This document shows positions 24,147 through 25,224 of a DNA stretch of 25,224 nt, one piece after another; positions within the stretch are counted from its first letter, which is position 1, and the number at the start of each line of letters is the position of its first letter. The stretch is from Candidatus Micrarchaeota archaeon (lineage in GTDB: Archaea > Micrarchaeota > Micrarchaeia > Norongarragalinales > SBBD01), in assembly GCA_038046605.1 (NCBI GenBank), contig JBBSVW010000068.1, positions 1 to 25,224 on the forward strand, read 5' to 3'. The notes below the pieces were generated by a model that was not told the origin of the DNA, made no database searches, and worked only from the letters and a program-made list of their open reading frames with translations. The translations under genes and the position numbers were made by a program.

Positions 24147-24514
24147 ATGAGGTGGTAAAAATGCCTAAGGTGTTATATCACTTGCAAGTGAAGAGAGCGA
24201 TGTCGCCATGGAGATGGAGCCAATTGACCGAAATGGTCAGACTGAGCATGGCGATTGAGCATGCCGGCAAGGATTATTTGAATGCTGCAACCTATCATCT
24301 AAGTAAGGTTCCCAGAAATCCCATGAGTTTGGTAAAATCGCATGATGAACTGGTGAAGCACGTTTCCCGTGCTATAGGTTATCATTGGGATATGGCAACG
24401 GAGACGTCGACCGGCCCGAATGTGGGAGCCAATAGAGGAGATCTGGAAACAGCCCTTAAATTGCTGGGGGGTTTACAGACGTTAAGAGAAATGAAATTTA
24501 TTCCCGAAAGATGA
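24143..24514 (+). CDS. Hypothetical protein
   Basis: 123-aa ORF coupled by ATGA overlaps to rpe and to pyrF. Confidence 0.65.
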   Translation: MNEVVKMPKVLYHLQVKRAMSPWRWSQLTEMVRLSMAIEHAGKDYLNAATYHLSKVPRNPMSLVKSHDELVKHVSRAIGYHWDMATETSTGPNVGANRGDLETALKLLGGLQTLREMKFIPER

Positions 24515-25224
24515 TCAAAGAGGCGATTGAACTGAACTTCCTTTCAAAATACAGAGATGTCAGGGGTCGAAAGAAGAGCACGCTTTGCATCGGGCTTGAT
24601 CCCGCAAGCATCTTTTTCAAGGAAACGGATGCCATACCGCGCAAATACTTCGAGAAGGGGAGCGAAACGGATGGGATGAAGCGCTTTTGCCTGGAGATAA
24701 TCAAGGATACGGCGCAGTACGCATGCGCCTATAAAATCAATTCACAGTTCGTGCTTCCTTTCTCGCTTAAGGATTTGCAGGAGATCAATGAGGCGATTTC
24801 CGATAAGGGATGCCTTTCTATTTTTGATTTGAAGCTCTCGGATATCGGGAGCAGCAACGAATCCTCAATTTACTGGATGAAAAAGGCGATGTTTGATGGG
24901 TTTACATTTTCACCATTTGCCGGAAACATTGAAGAAACAGTAAGGCAGGCACATGACTCGAAATTGGGGGTAATAACATTATCGTTAATGTCAAATCCAT
25001 CCGCAAAATACTTTATGAAGGATGGCCAAATTGAGGGCAAACGGGGCTATGAGTGGATTTCCTCCGAGGTCGCCAAATTCGGCGGCGATGGCGTTGTTGT
25101 TGGGGCAACCAACAATGAGAGGGAAATGCTTGAGATCCGCGAAATCATCGGCAATGATAAAATCATCCTGATACCCGGAATTGGAAAGCAGGGTGGCGAC
25201 ATGGAAACCGTTAAGGCCGCCGGA
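24511..25224 (+). CDS. pyrF: Orotidine-5'-phosphate decarboxylase, partial (runs off the window)
   Basis: Manual translation: LCIGLDP, AYKIN, catalytic DLKLSDIG (DxKxxD), MSNP, GVVVGAT, LIPGIGKQGG. Absent from the ORF track because no stop lies in the window. Confidence 0.93.
   Translation, partial: MIKEAIELNFLSKYRDVRGRKKSTLCIGLDPASIFFKETDAIPRKYFEKGSETDGMKRFCLEIIKDTAQYACAYKINSQFVLPFSLKDLQEINEAISDKGCLSIFDLKLSDIGSSNESSIYWMKKAMFDGFTFSPFAGNIEETVRQAHDSKLGVITLSLMSNPSAKYFMKDGQIEGKRGYEWISSEVAKFGGDGVVVGATNNEREMLEIREIIGNDKIILIPGIGKQGGDMETVKAAG

Noticed and set aside
1-25224. Alternative genetic code
   Set aside because: Conserved genes end at TAA, TAG and TGA at expected lengths with no in-frame read-through.

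Overview
Archaeal genomic window, standard genetic code. The divergent ribosomal proteins and gene content suggest a DPANN lineage such as Micrarchaeota (inference). Left part: a GT-C-like membrane protein with a separately encoded soluble domain, an RNA 2',3'-cyclic phosphodiesterase (thpR), and a 953-aa secreted lipase-like protein with dockerin and cohesin-like domains. Next is a tRNA-Ser(CGA) gene interrupted by two non-canonical introns (D-loop and T-loop), flanked by a hairpin cluster upstream and by repeats downstream that copy the tRNA 3' end, followed by three paralogous ~100-aa membrane proteins. Middle: rpoP (missed by the ORF track) and a truncated S10-like cluster (uL3, uL4, uL23, uL2, uS19, uL22, uS3, uL29, SUI1) with long spacers and altered functional loops. 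An accessory block follows: orphan ORF, VapBC toxin-antitoxin pair, and a split rifampicin-phosphotransferase/PEP-synthase-like kinase with a Bat-type HTH regulator and a DUF3147-like membrane protein. Right part: a shortened Rqc2/NFACT protein, an unassigned ~140-nt structured RNA candidate, map, signal peptidase I, rpe, a hypothetical gene and a partial pyrF. Best leads: the tRNA intron/repeat locus, the split dikinase-like cassette and the structured RNA beside rqc2. All family calls come from motif recognition by eye; no searches were run.
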